Below, in pieces: positions 29,870 to 47,837 of a stretch of 64,000 nucleotides of DNA. This DNA is from the human T2T-CHM13v2.0 reference genome, Homo sapiens, in NCBI RefSeq assembly GCF_009914755.1, contig NC_060934.1. One strand, 5' to 3'. Position 1 is the first letter of the stretch, and each line of letters starts with the position of its first letter. Below the pieces are notes generated by a model. It ran no database searches. It had not been told where the DNA came from and saw only the letters and a list, made by a program, of their open reading frames with translations. A program made the translations under genes and the position numbers.

Positions 29870-30279
<410 letters not shown>

Positions 30280-30307
30280 TCAAGAGCAGGAACTCTAGTG
30301 TATTCAC

Positions 30308-30672
30308 CTGTACACAGTTACTATCACTAGTGACAGAAACAATAGAGAAGTATTTTCTTTCTGAATGAAGAATTCTTCTCTATAATGGTAATTCCTATTA
30401 AATCCTTTAATCGGTAATTGCAAAAATGGAATAAGATTTCAGTCTAATGCTCCAAGATGTTTGCACTGCAAAATTCTACCCATTATTTAGTCAAAATCCA
30501 TCTCTGAGGAGCAGCCTAAGCAAATGACCTCTCCTTAACCTCAGTTGAAACCTTGTCATGCTATTTCACTTTGCTTAGCAGAGTGCTCATCTTGAGTTTG
30601 CTGTATACCAATATGGGGGTGCAGTCTCCATGGCTGCCTGCTTCTCCCCATCCTTTGATACAAATCAACATT
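30308..30672 (-). pseudogene. Candidate pseudo-exon
   Basis: Donor ACAG|gtgaat (phase 1, matches the next exon); protein-like ...[30 protein letters not shown] with many stops; start uncertain. Confidence 0.3.
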
Positions 30673-32343
30673 CTTGTTTAGAGAATGATAAGAGATTATT
30701 AAATTCAGGTATCAGCAGTGGAGTTTTGGGGAAGAAAAATAAAGAGATCATGCTCTGTAACACAGCCCTGAGAAAGGAGACTGGGGCTGTGTGCTTTCTA
30801 GAAAAGTGGTTTTCCCTCCTGCATGACTGATGGCCTGTCTGGTGTGAGGCTGACCATGGTAATAATGTCGTGACCTACTCTCCACAGTGGAAAAAGCTGT
30901 CGGTTCTGATGTGATGGAGGTTGGGTGTGGGAGATTGGGATTACAGAACTGCAGTGGCCACAGATAGACTCCTGATTTAGGCACATAAAACAGGATGATT
31001 TTGTGTAAAACTGACATTTAGTTTATTTTACATATATGGAAGGAAGACTAGGAAGAACATAAAACAATTAGCAGGAATTACTTCTAAGAGATATTGAGGG
31101 AAGTATCAATTTCTTTTGATTAATATGATTTTTTACATTCCACTTTTTATTTGTGAAGATGTATAAATCTAAAATTAAATATACATGCCCACAAAAATAA
31201 AATTATGTATTTAGTGACTTAGCGTAATTTCATAAAGGGAGCATGAAGTTTAGAATCAGCCCTGCAATTAACATCCTAAATTTTGCACTAAGGATAAAAT
31301 GCTTGAAAAAGGATGAAGTGATAATATCCCTTTCTTTTTAGGACAGACATTCTAGGATTGAACACAGCTCCTGGAAAGGAGCTTTTCTGCCTCGCTCACC
31401 AGGAGTGTGCTCACACTCTTGACAGTTCCCTGTGCTCCTTTCCCACTGTGGGATTTAAGGCCAAAGAGATTGGATCTGGCTGCCACACTCCTTCCTGCTG
31501 CCATATTCTCTTAGTGACCATCAAATGTCACGTCCCTTGTTGACACAGCACTATGCTCTGGAAGCCTTTGTTGAACCCTATTCCGCTGTCCTTTGACCCT
31601 TTTACTTTTTGAAATGTATATATTCTGTGGATCCCATGTTTTGTTTTCTAGCCTGCAGCTTCCCTCAGCAACTACAGCCAGAGCCAGCCCCATTCCCTTC
31701 TCCCCTCCTAATCAGAACTCTTAAAGTCTACTCCAGTCTTTCTTAGCTTGCCTGTTTTGCTGTAATAAACTGGGACATGCAGGGCAAAGTCTCAACACAG
31801 GACATCTCAGCATCTTGTCCATACTCTTATCTCGGAGCAAGAACACACGGACCCACTGTTGATACCTGAGACAATTATATTTCTTTACAATGATTTTAGA
31901 AACTACTAGAGCATGATGAGCTCAGGTGTTATGGTTAGCAAATGTGGAAGACTCAACTTGCCTTCCTCACAAAACCTATTTGCTCTTCTCAGTTGCAATG
32001 GACTACCTCTACCTGGAGTGTCACCAGTGAAAAAGTTACTTGACAGGGATCTGTGGGTGGAATCTACAGAGTGACAGATTTCAGTTCAGTTATTAAGATA
32101 AAGCATTTATAACTGACATGTTTTGTAATTGAGTGGGTGGTTTGCTCCACATTCCTATGGCAAGTATTTCCCAGAGCAGGTACCTTATATCGGTAGTCCC
32201 ACTGGGGGCTCCATGACAACGCAGCTGTTTTCATCAAGTTGGAAACGCTGTCACTGAATTACTGCCCATGGACTCTCCACATACCTAGGAGGGAATTGGG
32301 GGATTCTTGCAGCAGAGAAGCCCATTTAACTTCAAGGCAGTAG

Positions 32344-32648
<305 letters not shown>

Positions 32649-33049
32649 AGTAGTCTAACTTTTTAAAACACAGATCAATATTTTCCTGGAACATGCTTTT
32701 CCATATCCCATAGACCAGGGTTTAAATGATCACACTTGGGACCCTTGTATGATCAGAATCATCTCGCTCCGTTACTTTTAGCACAGGGCTGATGCTTAAA
32801 CCCACATTGTGTCGCTTTGTCCCAGGGCTGCATTGCAGTGAGTTCCTGTTCATAGGCTGGGTGACAAGTTAAAGGTGGCATCCTGAGATTGGAATCAAGG
32901 CAACGATGTTTTCGCTTGCTCTGTTGCAGCCTGCCCACCTCGGGGGAATGTCAGCAGCCCCTTTTTGTCAGCATATAAACAAGAGGTTTTGAATTGTTCA
33001 GTCACAGAGAATTGTGAATGCGTTAGAAACACCCAGGCCTTAAACTTCG

Positions 33050-33285
33050 GTTAGTGGTTAGATAAGAAGAAAAAGTTCAAGGGAACTATTGTACAATGCG
33101 GCAACTATAGTTAATAACAATGTATTTGCTAACAGAATACATTTTAAATGTTCTCACCGCATAAAGATAAGTATGTGAATGCGTATGTTAATTAACCTGA
33201 TTTAGCCATTCCACAATGTATACGTATTCCAAAATATCTGGTTTTACAGCATAAATTTATAGAATTGTTGTTAATTAAAAAATGT
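33050..33285 (+). mobile_element. L1MA/MB 3' fragment
   Basis: actatagttaataacaatgtat...tgttctcacc...ccattccacaatgtata. Confidence 0.75.
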
Positions 33286-33364
33286 GGGCTTCAAATTTCC
33301 AAGTGTTTTCCAGGAATTTTTGGTGTTAAAAAAAAACATTCATTTTGTCTTGCTAGACAGGTAC

Positions 33365-33809
33365 CTAGTCCTAAAATCTTAAGAATGTTTCAGCTCTGCA
33401 GCAGAGCTGCTGGCATTTATTAAGTATGTTGCTAGTTGTAAGATCATTTGGTTCAATGTTGGGCATATTTTCAGACTCAACAATTTATATTTTGCTTGCT
33501 GTATGTGCAAGCAAATAACTTCAACTAGGCCAGCCTCGTTGTGAAGAAATTTCCCCGGTAACCAAAGAAGAAATATTAATGATTTGCCAGTTGGTCTCCT
33601 CGGAGACAGATAACAGTTGTCTTCCTTTGTCTGCCCCGCTACCTAGCTTATATTTGGCACTTCATCAATAAACTAGGGGTGAGAAAGTAAATAAGTGGTG
33701 CTTCTACTCTGCCTGAGGATACTTGAAAGCAACTTGTTCTCTTAAGTGGATTAAATAATTCCTCCCTGAAGATCTCATTACTTGATAATTTTGTAAAAAT
33801 TAGCTTTTT
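33365..33809 (-). pseudogene. Pseudo-exon, internal repeat of the 58141-58611 exon
   Basis: Acceptor cccccttcctataaag, phase 0. KKLIFTKLSSNEIFREELFNPLKR...RGDQLANH*YFFFGYRGNFFT shares FTKL and FFFGY with the 58 kb exon. 3' end uncertain. Confidence 0.55.
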
Positions 33810-34281
33810 CTTTATAGGAAGGGGGTAAGTAAACTTTGAGTATAACTGGTAGCTAAGAGCCAAGCTGGCCTAGGCTCCATCATGTTCCCAGCACTTATGG
33901 GCAATCTGGTTTAGAGAAAGTTAGTTCCCCTCTCCGTGCTTCCGTTTCTTACCAGTAAAATGAACATTACAACAATCTTATAAATTGCTGTGAGATAATA
34001 TTTAAAGCAGTTCCTGGTACGCAGTAAGTGCTCAGTAAATGTTACCCACTACTGTATAATCCAAAGGTGGGAGTGTTCCAAAACAAATGCTAATTTTACA
34101 AATAAAAATTTTGGAGTGTTAAAAGGAAGGAAGTTATATGTTCAAACATATGTATGTCATAGATAAAATCAAACTGTTTTTGCTTAAACTATGTGCCTCT
34201 TCTTCCACCCTAATATCTGTGCAGTACTTGACACATAGTTTGCTGAGTGAATGAATGAACTATTAATTAATTAATCTTCAC

Positions 34282-34485
34282 CTGTATCGCTTGATGTTTT
34301 CCTGCAGGCGTGAATATCCCTGGGCATACTGCTTGCTTTGAGAAATAGCCAGTGAAGGGTTATGAGAAATAGTGCGATTTATGATCTGTGTATGACTCAA
34401 ATGACAAAATTAATTGCTTTTTTGTCATCTGTTCTTCATGGATTTTCATTAATTCTTCCATATGAACCAAATCCTGTCTTAAACC
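34282..34485 (-). pseudogene. Pseudo-exon
   Basis: Acceptor attactgcag, donor CAG|gtgaag; 204 bp, phase 0->0, one stop. GLRQDLVHMEELMKIHEEQMTKKQLILSFESYTDHKSHYFS*... Confidence 0.55.
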
Positions 34486-34837
34486 CTGCAGTAATGATCA
34501 CGGTGTTTAACATTTTAATAAAACGATGGAAGCATGTATGTGTGTGTGTCTGTGTGTGTGTGTGTGTATTCATGACAAAGAAAGTGAGAGAGAGAGAAAG
34601 AAAGAGAAAAATAATTTACATAAGAGTTAACTTTTTATTTGTATGTCCAGTGGTGTCAGTTGCCATGAATAAGCTATTATAAAAAATTAATAAATAATTT
34701 CCCATTAAAATACAAAAATATAAATGCCATCTTCCTTGAGAGTATTTCTGAAAGTTAAAAACTCTAATAATTGGATAACTTTTCTGTTATGTTAAAAGAG
34801 GACAGTTTTTCTTTCCCTTAAGAAGATTCCTACTTAT

Positions 34838-35069
34838 CCTATTCAGTGTTTGAATAATTTCCAAATTTTGATTTCTGTCTCTGCTACTGGTCATAAACAT
34901 ATTGAGGTTTCAAAACATTCAGATTGGCCCTCCATTAATCAAACATGCCACTCATTTCTTAGCACAATCTACAGATTCACAAAGCCCGATGCTCCATATC
35001 CCTTGTCACATCCGGAGGCAGAGCATTGAAGTTCATGGAAGAAGGAAGAAAGCCATGCCTGAGTTGCAC
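34838..35069 (-). pseudogene. Candidate pseudo-exon
   Basis: Acceptor tctgttttgctggcag; donor possibly mutated (ataagt); frame ambiguous. Confidence 0.3.
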
Positions 35070-35440
35070 CTGCCAGCAAAACAGATGACAGGCAGCCAAT
35101 TCTGAGCCATCTCAGCTGCACCGGAAAGTTCTTGTTCAAACAGGCTGTATCTAAAGACTTTCTAATTACCCTCTCATGTCATGGAACACCTGTGGTCCAC
35201 TGTTTGAGATCCTCTGCTCCCTGATTTCTGTACACTTGCCTCTCCTGGTTTCCTTCCTGCAACCTCCTCTTCTGTCTATATGAAAAAGTTTAGTTTTTAT
35301 TCCCAGCTGTTTACAAATATTATTTTTAGTGTAATGATAGGTAATCCTTATTTTAAATGTCACAACTCTAGTCTCTCTCCAATGTCCTAGGTACCACAGT
35401 CAGGAAGCTTCCTATTTGCATAAGAATGAAAACATGGTCT

Positions 35441-36205
35441 TGAGGCAGGATAAGTAAGGTTAGGACCCATACTTACTTGTCCTGTGTGTAAAGCTCAGTG
35501 GGCCACTTTTATAGCTGGCTCTTTCCCCTTGCACCCTCAGGCATCAACACCTAACTCTTTTGCAAGATAAGCGGTCCTACCGAATACCAACAGACTGTTA
35601 GATGGTTACAAGTTCCTGATACTCAGTATGGGCTTGGGGAAGAGAACAAAAGTCTATTATTCCTGATGTAACTTCCCCAGCACCAAAAGCACAAGAAACT
35701 ATTAGCTACAAATTTCTGCCTGCTGGGCACTGAGAGAGGGGCAGAGACTCCTCCAGTGTCCCACAGGCATAGCTAGACTCAAGGTTTAGCTTATAGTAAT
35801 ATTTTTCTCATTTTAATATCAAAAAACACCCCTTAGATGGAGATTTTATATGCTAATGATACATATGATATGTGTTAGAGCATGTAGATCCTGAGTGTAT
35901 GTACTAACCACAGATCCACCTTTACATACTTGACCTCACCAGTATTTTATGAATATGTCTGTACAGTTTCCGTAAAGGAAATTCCCTTCAAGACCCTAGG
36001 GGCTATCTCTGTCTTTGAGCAGCCCACTCTGCCTCTCAGATTTTGAGAGCTAATCCCAAGTAAGAGTAGACAAACAAGTTTGTTGCACCTCACTTTGCAA
36101 TACTTTCGCTTTGATATAAACCTCTTTGTCTACACTTACTTGGGATTCGCTCTCAAAACCTTTTGTGCAGAGAAGTCAACGACCTGAACAAGGCTACTGA
36201 CAATA
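35441..36205 (+). mobile_element. ERV1 (MER4-group) solo LTR
   Basis: Starts tgaggcagga, ends ...caata; 4-bp TSD gtct on both sides. Confidence 0.8.
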
Positions 36206-36237
36206 GTCTTGCCAAATTTTCTACAAACTCCATTCTT

Positions 36238-37106
36238 CTTTATTTTTATTTTATTTTATTTTACTTTAAGTTCTGGGATACATGTGCAGAACATGCAGGT
36301 TTGTTACATAGGTATACATGTACCATGGTGGTTTGCTGCACCTATCAACCTGTCATGTAGGTTTTAAGCCCCACATGCATTATGTATTTGTCCTAATGCT
36401 CTCCCTCCCTTTGCCCCTTACCCCCCAACAGGCCCCAGTGTGTGATGTTCGCCTCCCTGTGTTCATGTGTTCTCATTGTTCAACTCCCACTTATGAGTGA
36501 GAACATGTGGTGTTCAGTTTTCTCTTCCTGTGTTAGTTTGCTGAGAATGATGGCTTCCAGTTTCATCTATGTCCCTGCAAAGGATATGATCTCATTCTTT
36601 TTTATGACTGCATAGTATTCTATGGTGTATATGTGCCACATTTTCTTTATCCAGTCTATCATTGATGGACATTTGGGTTGCTTCCAAGTCTTTGCTATTG
36701 TAAATAGTGATGAAATGAACATACATTTGCATGTGTCTTTATAGCAGAATGATTTATAATCCTTTGGGTATATACCCAGTAATGGGATTGCTGGGTCAAA
36801 TGGTATTTCTCGTTCTAGATCCTTGAGGAATCGCCACACTGCCTTCTACAATGGTTGAACTAATTACACTCCCAACAACAATGTAAAAGTGTTCCTATTT
36901 CTCCACGTCCTCTCCAGCATCTGTCGTTTCTTGACTTTTAATGATCGCCATCCTAACTGGCGTGAGATGGTATCTCATTGTGGTTTTGATTTGCATTTCT
37001 CTAATGACCAGTGATGATGAGCTTTTTTTCATATGTTTTTTGGTGGCATAAATGTCTTCTTTTGAGAAGTCTATTTATATCCTTTGCCCACTCTTTGATG
37101 GGGTTG
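36238..37106 (-). mobile_element. 5'-truncated L1PA
   Basis: L1 3'UTR and ORF2 C-terminus; degenerate TSD tacaaactnnattctt at 36222 and 37107. Confidence 0.95.
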
Positions 37107-37429
37107 TACAAACTTTATTCTTTGTATTGCACATTCTCTCCCTCCTAGGAGCAAGTTTATGGGTCCATGGCCTCTTCATCCAGTGCACATTTTCTGCTTT
37201 TCCATTATAGCACTTATTACAAAGAATGACCGTAGCTTTTTCTCCATGGTCTCTCATTCATTTCTGAGCTACTTGAGAACAAGAATCCTTTCTTTACATG
37301 AAAGTGTGCCTGATATCTATCACCATGTGTATGATGACCACAGAGTAAGCAGTCAAGAAATGCCAGGGAAAGAAATGAATGCATCTACTTTTTAGAAACA
37401 TTGTCACCATCTTTCTTTATATAATTAAA

Positions 37430-37750
37430 TGTGAACGGTTCATAAGGCAAATTGATAAGGATAGAAAGTAGATTAGAAGTTACCAAGGGCTGGGAGGAGG
37501 GATGAATGAGGAATTATGGATTAGGGGGCACAGAGTTTCTGATTGGGGTGATGGAAGAATTTGGAAAAAAGGGGTGGTGGTTGTACAACGTTGTGAATGT
37601 ATCAAGTTAACAAAAGTAATGGCAAAAACCACAATTACTTTTGCACCAACTTAATAATTAATGACACTGAGTCACGCACTTAAGCATGGTTTTAATGATA
37701 AATTTTATACTATGTATATATATATTTTTTTCCAAATAAAATTTTTAATG
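37430..37750 (+). mobile_element. L1MB 3' fragment with partial MADE1 (37612-37653)
   Basis: agaaagtagattagaagttaccaagggctggg; MADE1 aaaagtaatggcaaaaaccacaattacttttgcaccaac. Confidence 0.8.
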
Positions 37751-39353
37751 ACCTATTTACAAACACAAAAGGCATTGAAATCTGGGTAACTAGATGCATA
37801 TTTTCTAAAAGGAAAAGCTTATTTGCTAAATAAAGAATTCATAAAAGGAAGCTCAGCAATTAGTCTTGGAAACAATTACAATGGTAGCAATAGTTTTTTC
37901 CCTTATTCTCACTTCAGACAAATATTATGGCAACAGAAAAAAATGTTAATTAATGCAATGAATTTTAAAAGTGAATGAGTGAATAACTGAATGATTAAAA
38001 AAAGAACCATTTAAATAGAGGAACATCTGAGGTTGAATACTTGGGTCCAGCCCAGTACAGTTCATTGCTCTGATGATCAGGCAGATGTTAGCTGGTCAGG
38101 ATGGTTTGCATTCTATATGCACGTAGAACAGACATGGACACACATATTTGTGTTTGGTAGGATGGGCTGTCAATTCGAATAGTCATGGGGCTTAACGGTC
38201 AGATCAACCAAATTGGTGCCCTGGAAGTGTCTCAGATTTTGTAACCTATGTAAGAGTTTTAATCTCACTGAAGCACAGTTTTCTCATCTAAAAAGTGAAA
38301 GAGAGAGAGAAAAAAGTCCAACATCATTGCTTTTTTTGTGGAGGTAAAGTACACCTGATTAGGGCCTGGCATGCAGAAATTCCTTGCTTATTCACTTTTA
38401 TTTTTATTATAGAGGTTCAAATAAATTCATGTTGAACAAATAGTTATTCCACATAAAATATTATGCGTTCTGAAAAGAATATTAGTGCCAGATGTTCATG
38501 GTATAACAATTTTTCTTTTTCTTTCTTAGCTAAATTTATACTTAGCATTCTTCATGATGTATGCAATATTAGCTCATCTAAAATCTAAGCTATAGCTCAG
38601 AGGCTTTGGGGGAAATACTCATCAGTGTTCAGAGTAACTCTACTGTTGGTGATCTGTAATGTATCTTTTCTAAGCAAACATAGGGGTTAAAATTGAGGCT
38701 GTGCCTTGCCTTGGAGGGTTAGTCTTATGAGCACTGATTTCCATGTATAGAGTTTTTTCTAACCTTTTTCTCTTTTTCTCTTCCCCTTCCTTCCATGCTG
38801 ACTTTGGTGTAGCAGACCACTTGGGGATTGAATTCATGGGTAAGACTAAACAATTTGCTCATTTAATATCCTGGAAATGCTAAGCTTTATGATGTACATA
38901 GTGCTTTCCTTCTCCATCTGGTTATAATTGAAATGTCTCATTATCAGATGCTATTAGTAGGAAAAAATACTCTTGTCGAGTTTTCACTAAGTAATGGCTC
39001 AAAATGAAATAATTAACTACTTATTGGAAAGGCAATTTAATGTTAAATGCAGTGTCTGGAATCATACAGAAGTTGTATTTGGCTCCTGGCTTTGATTATT
39101 TCCTCTAATTCTCAATTTTCATATCTGTAAAATAGGGATAATAATAGGATCTATTTTCCTGCACATGTAAATTGCTTAGCATAACGTCTGCAACATGGCA
39201 AACACTCAATAAAGGATAAAAAGCAATGGTTTTTAAATGTCAGTTTTTAAATTTTTACTTCTAAGTCCCCTTCCTTTTGTGAGATGATTCCTTTGGATAC
39301 ATTTTGGTATCAATTTTAGTTTGGAGTGTGGGCTATTAAACATTTTTATTCAC

Positions 39354-39484
39354 AAAATTAAAATGTTTCCTTTAAAGTATTTGCAGTGAATGGTGTATGT
39401 TTCAAAGCATTAGAATGCCTTCCATGGGCATTGTTTTTATAGTCACAGATAACTGCATTCAAAATTAGACCTAATTCTCTGAGT
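39354..39484 (-). pseudogene. Candidate pseudo-exon
   Basis: Acceptor ...tataaccatag, donor gtgaat; LRELGLILNAVICDYKNNAHGRHSNALKHTPFTANTLKETF*. Confidence 0.3.
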
Positions 39485-42091
39485 CTATGGTTATACATTA
39501 AATGAAGAAAGAACATTTCATAAAGTTCAATATGCATCGTAGTACATGGATGGAAAGACACTCAGGATTTAGAGTTAGGGAAATTGAGAAGATCTAAATT
39601 TGAATCAAAATTCATCTGCTCCCTTGGATTCTATTAAATTCAGATTTTTTCTCTTGTATAATGTGGATATGAATACTTGCTTTATACATGAATGTTTATT
39701 GTGAAATAATTATATACTTACTTGTATTAATTTATCCATTCACCCATTAATTCAGCAAACACTTATCAAAGTGTTGATTTGGGATAGCTTTGACATATTT
39801 GAGAGATGTTAAGTTGGTGGTTGTATTGTTGGAAGTGTTGAGAGTTAATTAGAAATTTGCGAAATGTCTTTATACCGGAATTGGTGTTCCCAGTTGTATG
39901 GTATTACTCATTATTGCTCCATTCTCTGGTTATTACATCATAGAAAAGGCAGACAGCTCAATTCCTGCAGGCTTGCGGTTTTGTTGGATAGATGTGATGA
40001 AAACTCAGAAAACCAATGAGATTTAGGATGTTACTCAAATGAAGTGCGATGGAATGTGAGATAGTTGTGGAAGGAAGTGAAAGAAGAATGACCGTTTCAA
40101 TGAAATCAATTAGTAGTCATCATGAGAGCGCTTGAACAAGCTGGTGTGATGAAGAGATTATAGTCATATGGCAGATTGGTTGATTTTGATTTTGAAGATG
40201 GAGGAGTTATAGGAGATGACAATATTCAAAGCATTCCTATGAGTGTAAATAACCAAACTGAGGTTGAGGGGGAAATAATTTGAAACTAGAGGTCAAGGAC
40301 TTGAGAGGACATAGTTTTGGATAAGTTGTCTAATGGATATTCCAGTTACTCATGATAATGCTAGGGTTGGGACAGAGAGAAAAAAAATGTTTGTTATATG
40401 CCAAAGTTTCCCATTAATAAGATAAACTATACTGGAATTTAGTAGATGACAAGGAAGAGTATAGTTAAGGGTAATGCCAGCTGCATCAAAAAATAGAGCC
40501 CACGTTATTATAATGGCTCAAAGACGGTAGCAATTTATTTCCTGATACTACTTTTTCTTGTCCAAGGTAGATGTATTTCCTGTTTAAGGTAGCAAATGAC
40601 TAGCTTTATTCAAGTAGTGAATTAGAGATCCAGGCTTCTTCCATCTTTTGGTTTCAATATTACGTAGGTTTCTTTGTTAACTGCATCTAGCCAGCAGATT
40701 GAGAAACAGAACAGAGCTGATGCATACCCAATGCTTAAAAGACTGATCTACAAGAACTCATATCACTTTTTGCTTAATGTTCTATTAGCTAGAGCTAAAT
40801 TACATGACTTCATTTTGCTGTAAAAGAGGCTGGGAAATGGAACCCTGAGAGAACAGAGGAAATGCATTTTTAGAAATCTCTGCCACTGTGTGAATGGCAT
40901 AAACTTTAAAGGAACAGGATTTTTCATAAGAGACAAGAGAAACTGTACGTTAGAAGCCAGGAGGACAGATCTCCAATGTTGAAAGTGAGAAAATAAAAAC
41001 AGCTCTTGAGACAGGTAGAGGAAAATGAGACTTTTCAGGCAAGATTCAAGTTTCAGCTAAAATAGGAGAACAAAAATAAAGAGTCAAAGAAGAGATTGAG
41101 AATGCAGAAGGTGTGTTGCGGAATGTGGATGAGCAATTTCACTAAGCCAAGTGGAGGGTATAACTGGTGGAAGAGGAGTAGATAGCTGAGTCATGGGCCA
41201 CAAATTACTGAAAATCATGGGCATATTTTTGCAGTAAGAATACATTGTTGAGAAGGGCACACAATTTGTACCCTCCTCATTCGCTAATGATGGCAGTGAT
41301 TCGTAGCATGGAGGTGTGAGCATCAGTACTCATTTTGAATAAAATGTGCCCTGGGCCGCTTGTCCAAGAGCAATTTGCCCCACTAGTCTGTGGTGATTGC
41401 AGGCTCAGTGAGGCTTTATAAGTTGTTCAGCAGAATGCCCTCAAATGCAGGAAACACTGCATAGTTGGTGGTGGGACTAGGATAGGTCTAGATCCCCAGT
41501 GTAGCCATGGCTGTAGCAAACTAAAATTGCCATGCAAATTTTAATCCGTGTTGAAAGAAATGGACCAGTCTCCATCCTGTTGTGCTTCCTATTGTGTCTG
41601 AGGACTGCCAGTGGCACTGGTAATTTATAGAGTTATAATTTGCTATAGATGCAATCTATGTATTAAGAGCTCTGTTTTGGAATTCATTTAAAGAAATGTA
41701 GCTACTGACACAGGAAAAAATAGTAGATTGTCATGTAGTTCATCTACATGAACCACAAGACTAAGGTAATAGTGAGTTTTGCAAAAGATAGATTCTAATC
41801 ATAGCTATAAGACCTCATGGGGAATGAATTCTCAGTGGGTGACTATTTGACTACAACGGTAGAAATTTTCTTGGAGGGAAGGGGTTGGGGAACAACTCAG
41901 AGTTCAAGGGATTGGCTGGTATGCATATAGATAATGGCAGCTAAAAAAGGATTGTTTGCAGTAGTGAATAGCTTTATAAATTTAGTGAATATGCTGTTTT
42001 CACTGACCTCAATAATTCACCCCCACAGATTGTTCTAATTGAATATGTAAAATTCTGTTTGTTGCTTTGAGAACAATATTCTCAGATTTAA

Positions 42092-42392
<301 letters not shown>

Positions 42393-42594
42393 AGATTTAA
42401 TTTATGATTATAGAATCCATATGGGTAAAATTCCTTCCACTGAAAGTGCCATCATCCCAAGTAATATGACATCTCTAGGTATGAATTCAGCTGGGAAGGG
42501 GAAATGTAGGCATAGTCTATATGTAAGTTTAATAATGTCAGTTTATTGTTGTGCCAACAATTAATCAATGCTAGTTCTATTTGTGTGTGTGTGT

Positions 42595-45680
<3,086 letters not shown>

Positions 45681-45730
45681 TTTTCCATTGTTCTATTTTA
45701 ATTAGTTACATAATACATTTTTTATCTTAC

Positions 45731-45947
45731 TTTTATTATTCTTGCTTTGAGCAATATGACTTTCATTTATTCTTGAAGAACACAGGGTCACAAGGAGGTA
45801 ATGATCTGAAGCACACGTCTTCTTCCCAAATCTTTATACTCTCAATGACCAGCTCTATTAGTGAGCTTACTGATCAGTCTCAAAACCAGAATACTTCATA
45901 CAGTTTAACAAATTCCTGTTTTATAGCAGGAAACTCCAAGTCATATG
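45731..45947 (-). pseudogene. Pseudo-exon
   Basis: Acceptor aactcttgcag, donor AA|gtaaga. YDLEFPAIKQEFVKLYEVFWF*D*SVSSLIELVIESIKIWEEDVCFRSLPPCDPVFFKNK*. Confidence 0.5.
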
Positions 45948-46246
45948 CTGCAAGAGTTCTATATTTAATTGACATACATTTGTCACATTTACTATATGCC
46001 AGATGTATAAGATGTTGGATATGCAGATATATAATACATATCTCTGGATGTCCAAAACCTCTAAAACTAAAAAGAGAAAGCTACACATAAGTGAGGTGAC
46101 ATAATAAGTGCTCTAAAAAAAGTTTAGGCAAGATACGATATGAAAAAAAAAAAGAAAGCAATTGAATGGGCTTGGAAAGTTCAGGAACAGCTTTCCAGGA
46201 AAGGGGACACTTAAGCTGAGTATCAGCCAAAGTGGATAAGCTATAC

Positions 46247-46357
46247 TTAGTAATGCCATAGTGCAAATCTATACCGGCCCCATATTGCTCCCACATTAAA
46301 GCAAGACTTGCTATTTCAGTCTTTCTTCCTGTATCTATCAGCTTCCGAGAGTCACCA
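46247..46357 (-). pseudogene. Pseudo-exon
   Basis: Acceptor ctctttccggtcctaaag; phase 2 matches the previous exon; stop-free GDSRKLIDTGRKTEIASLALMWEQYGAGIDLHYGIT; donor gtatag. Confidence 0.5.
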
Positions 46358-46472
46358 CTTTAGGACCGGAAAGAGGATAACAACTTCAGTAAAAACAAGT
46401 AACCAAAAAGGTTTTTGAGTAGATTTATTAATTTTAAGGAGTGATTATCCCATTGAGGAAGCCATGCCAAAC

Positions 46473-46586
46473 CTAATGTCTGTAAAACTGTCAACATTCA
46501 ACATGATTTTTCATTTATATTCTCGAATTTTTCTTAATGATGCTCCTGGGATTGGTACCATGGAAATTTCAACAGCAAATACTGAT
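46473..46586 (-). pseudogene. Pseudo-exon
   Basis: Acceptor gtattgcag, donor TAG|gtttgg; 114 bp, phase 2->2. SVFAVEISMVPIPGASLRKIREYK*KIMLNVDSFTDI. Confidence 0.45.
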
Positions 46587-47061
46587 CTGCAATACGGTGT
46601 CAGTTAAAAAATAAAGTTAACTGACATAATTAGAGCAGAAATTTGGAAATGCACACAGAAGCAGAATTGTGTTTGTGAAGTTTTTGAAACAAAGAGAGTT
46701 GATAGAAAATCAGTAACCAAAAATATATATCTTAAATTCATGTCTTAACCTCATTCATTCATTCATGCATGAGGGAAAATATAGATTTTTACAGTCAGAT
46801 GTTTGAAATTTCCTTAACAGTTTGAATAGATCAAGAGATATAATTGACAGACTTCTTCATAAGCCTAAATATTCATGAGTGATGTGAGAAACAACCAATC
46901 ATTTAGTTTAGGCAGTTGGCCAAAGGGCATGTCAGACTGGCCATTTTGGAAGGTGCAATAATCACGAAGGATTTCTTATCTAACAAATATCTAGCTACTG
47001 TGTGTGAAATGTATCTCATTAGGTCCTTTTGAGCTATTTGTTAAGTGGTTATTTTTCTAAC

Positions 47062-47225
47062 AATGTCTTGATGCATTTGATGTTCCAGGCATCAAAGATG
47101 TTTATATGAAAGCAGGTGCAATGCCATTTGAAAATGTATTAGCAAGGGACAAGTAGAGTTGAAGATTATGTGGAAGATCTTTAATGCAAATTTCCTTCAT
47201 TCTCATCGGGTAAACGAAATGAATG
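47062..47225 (-). pseudogene. Pseudo-exon
   Basis: Acceptor tttaactgacag; IHFVYPMRMKEICIKDLPHNLQLYLSLANTFSNGIAPAFI*. A possible 37-bp exon at 47525-47561 precedes it. Confidence 0.45.
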
Positions 47226-47684
47226 CTGTCAGTTAAATATTTTGTCGGTGATTTGACATTGTTTTTAGGATAGCATAATATATTTATGCAAAGTATTGTT
47301 TGAGCAAATTCTGGTGTAATTTTTTAAATCAAAAGATGTATAGAACATAGAAAAATAAGATTCTTAATTAAAATCTTAAAAAGTTATTATAAGATAATCT
47401 TTGTATTTTTTAAGTTAAAAAAAAAAAGAAACAGTGTTTTCCATATGGAAGGCATAGAAATGTGTTGTACTCAACGTCTGTGATATAAATTATATTTATA
47501 GGTTTAGAATTGATAGAATATTACTTCAAACTTGATCGTATATTGGGTATTCTTTCATCCTCTTGTGTAAAGAAAATAGGCTTTAGTGTATTTTAGTGAG
47601 CACTGGGGATAATCTCCTAAGAAGTGACCAGTTTAGGATCCTGTTTAGATGATAGGAAGTGGGCTTTTTTCTTCTTAGAGCTAC

Positions 47685-47837
47685 CCTGCATATTGTAAAT
47701 GACTTGGTGTTTTTCCTTTAAATCTAACAGGCTCATATGTCAGCCAAATGAATTCATATTTCTGTTCTAGTTTGTGAACTGGCGTTAGAGATAGAACTGA
47801 GGATTCTTTTTTCCTAAGCTGAAGTCTCTGAAGTAGA
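47685..47837 (-). pseudogene. Pseudo-exon
   Basis: Long T-tract acceptor ...ttttccaaataag; stop-free LLQRLQLRKKESSVLSLTPVHKLEQKYEFIWLTYEPVRFKGKTPSHLQYAG. Confidence 0.55.
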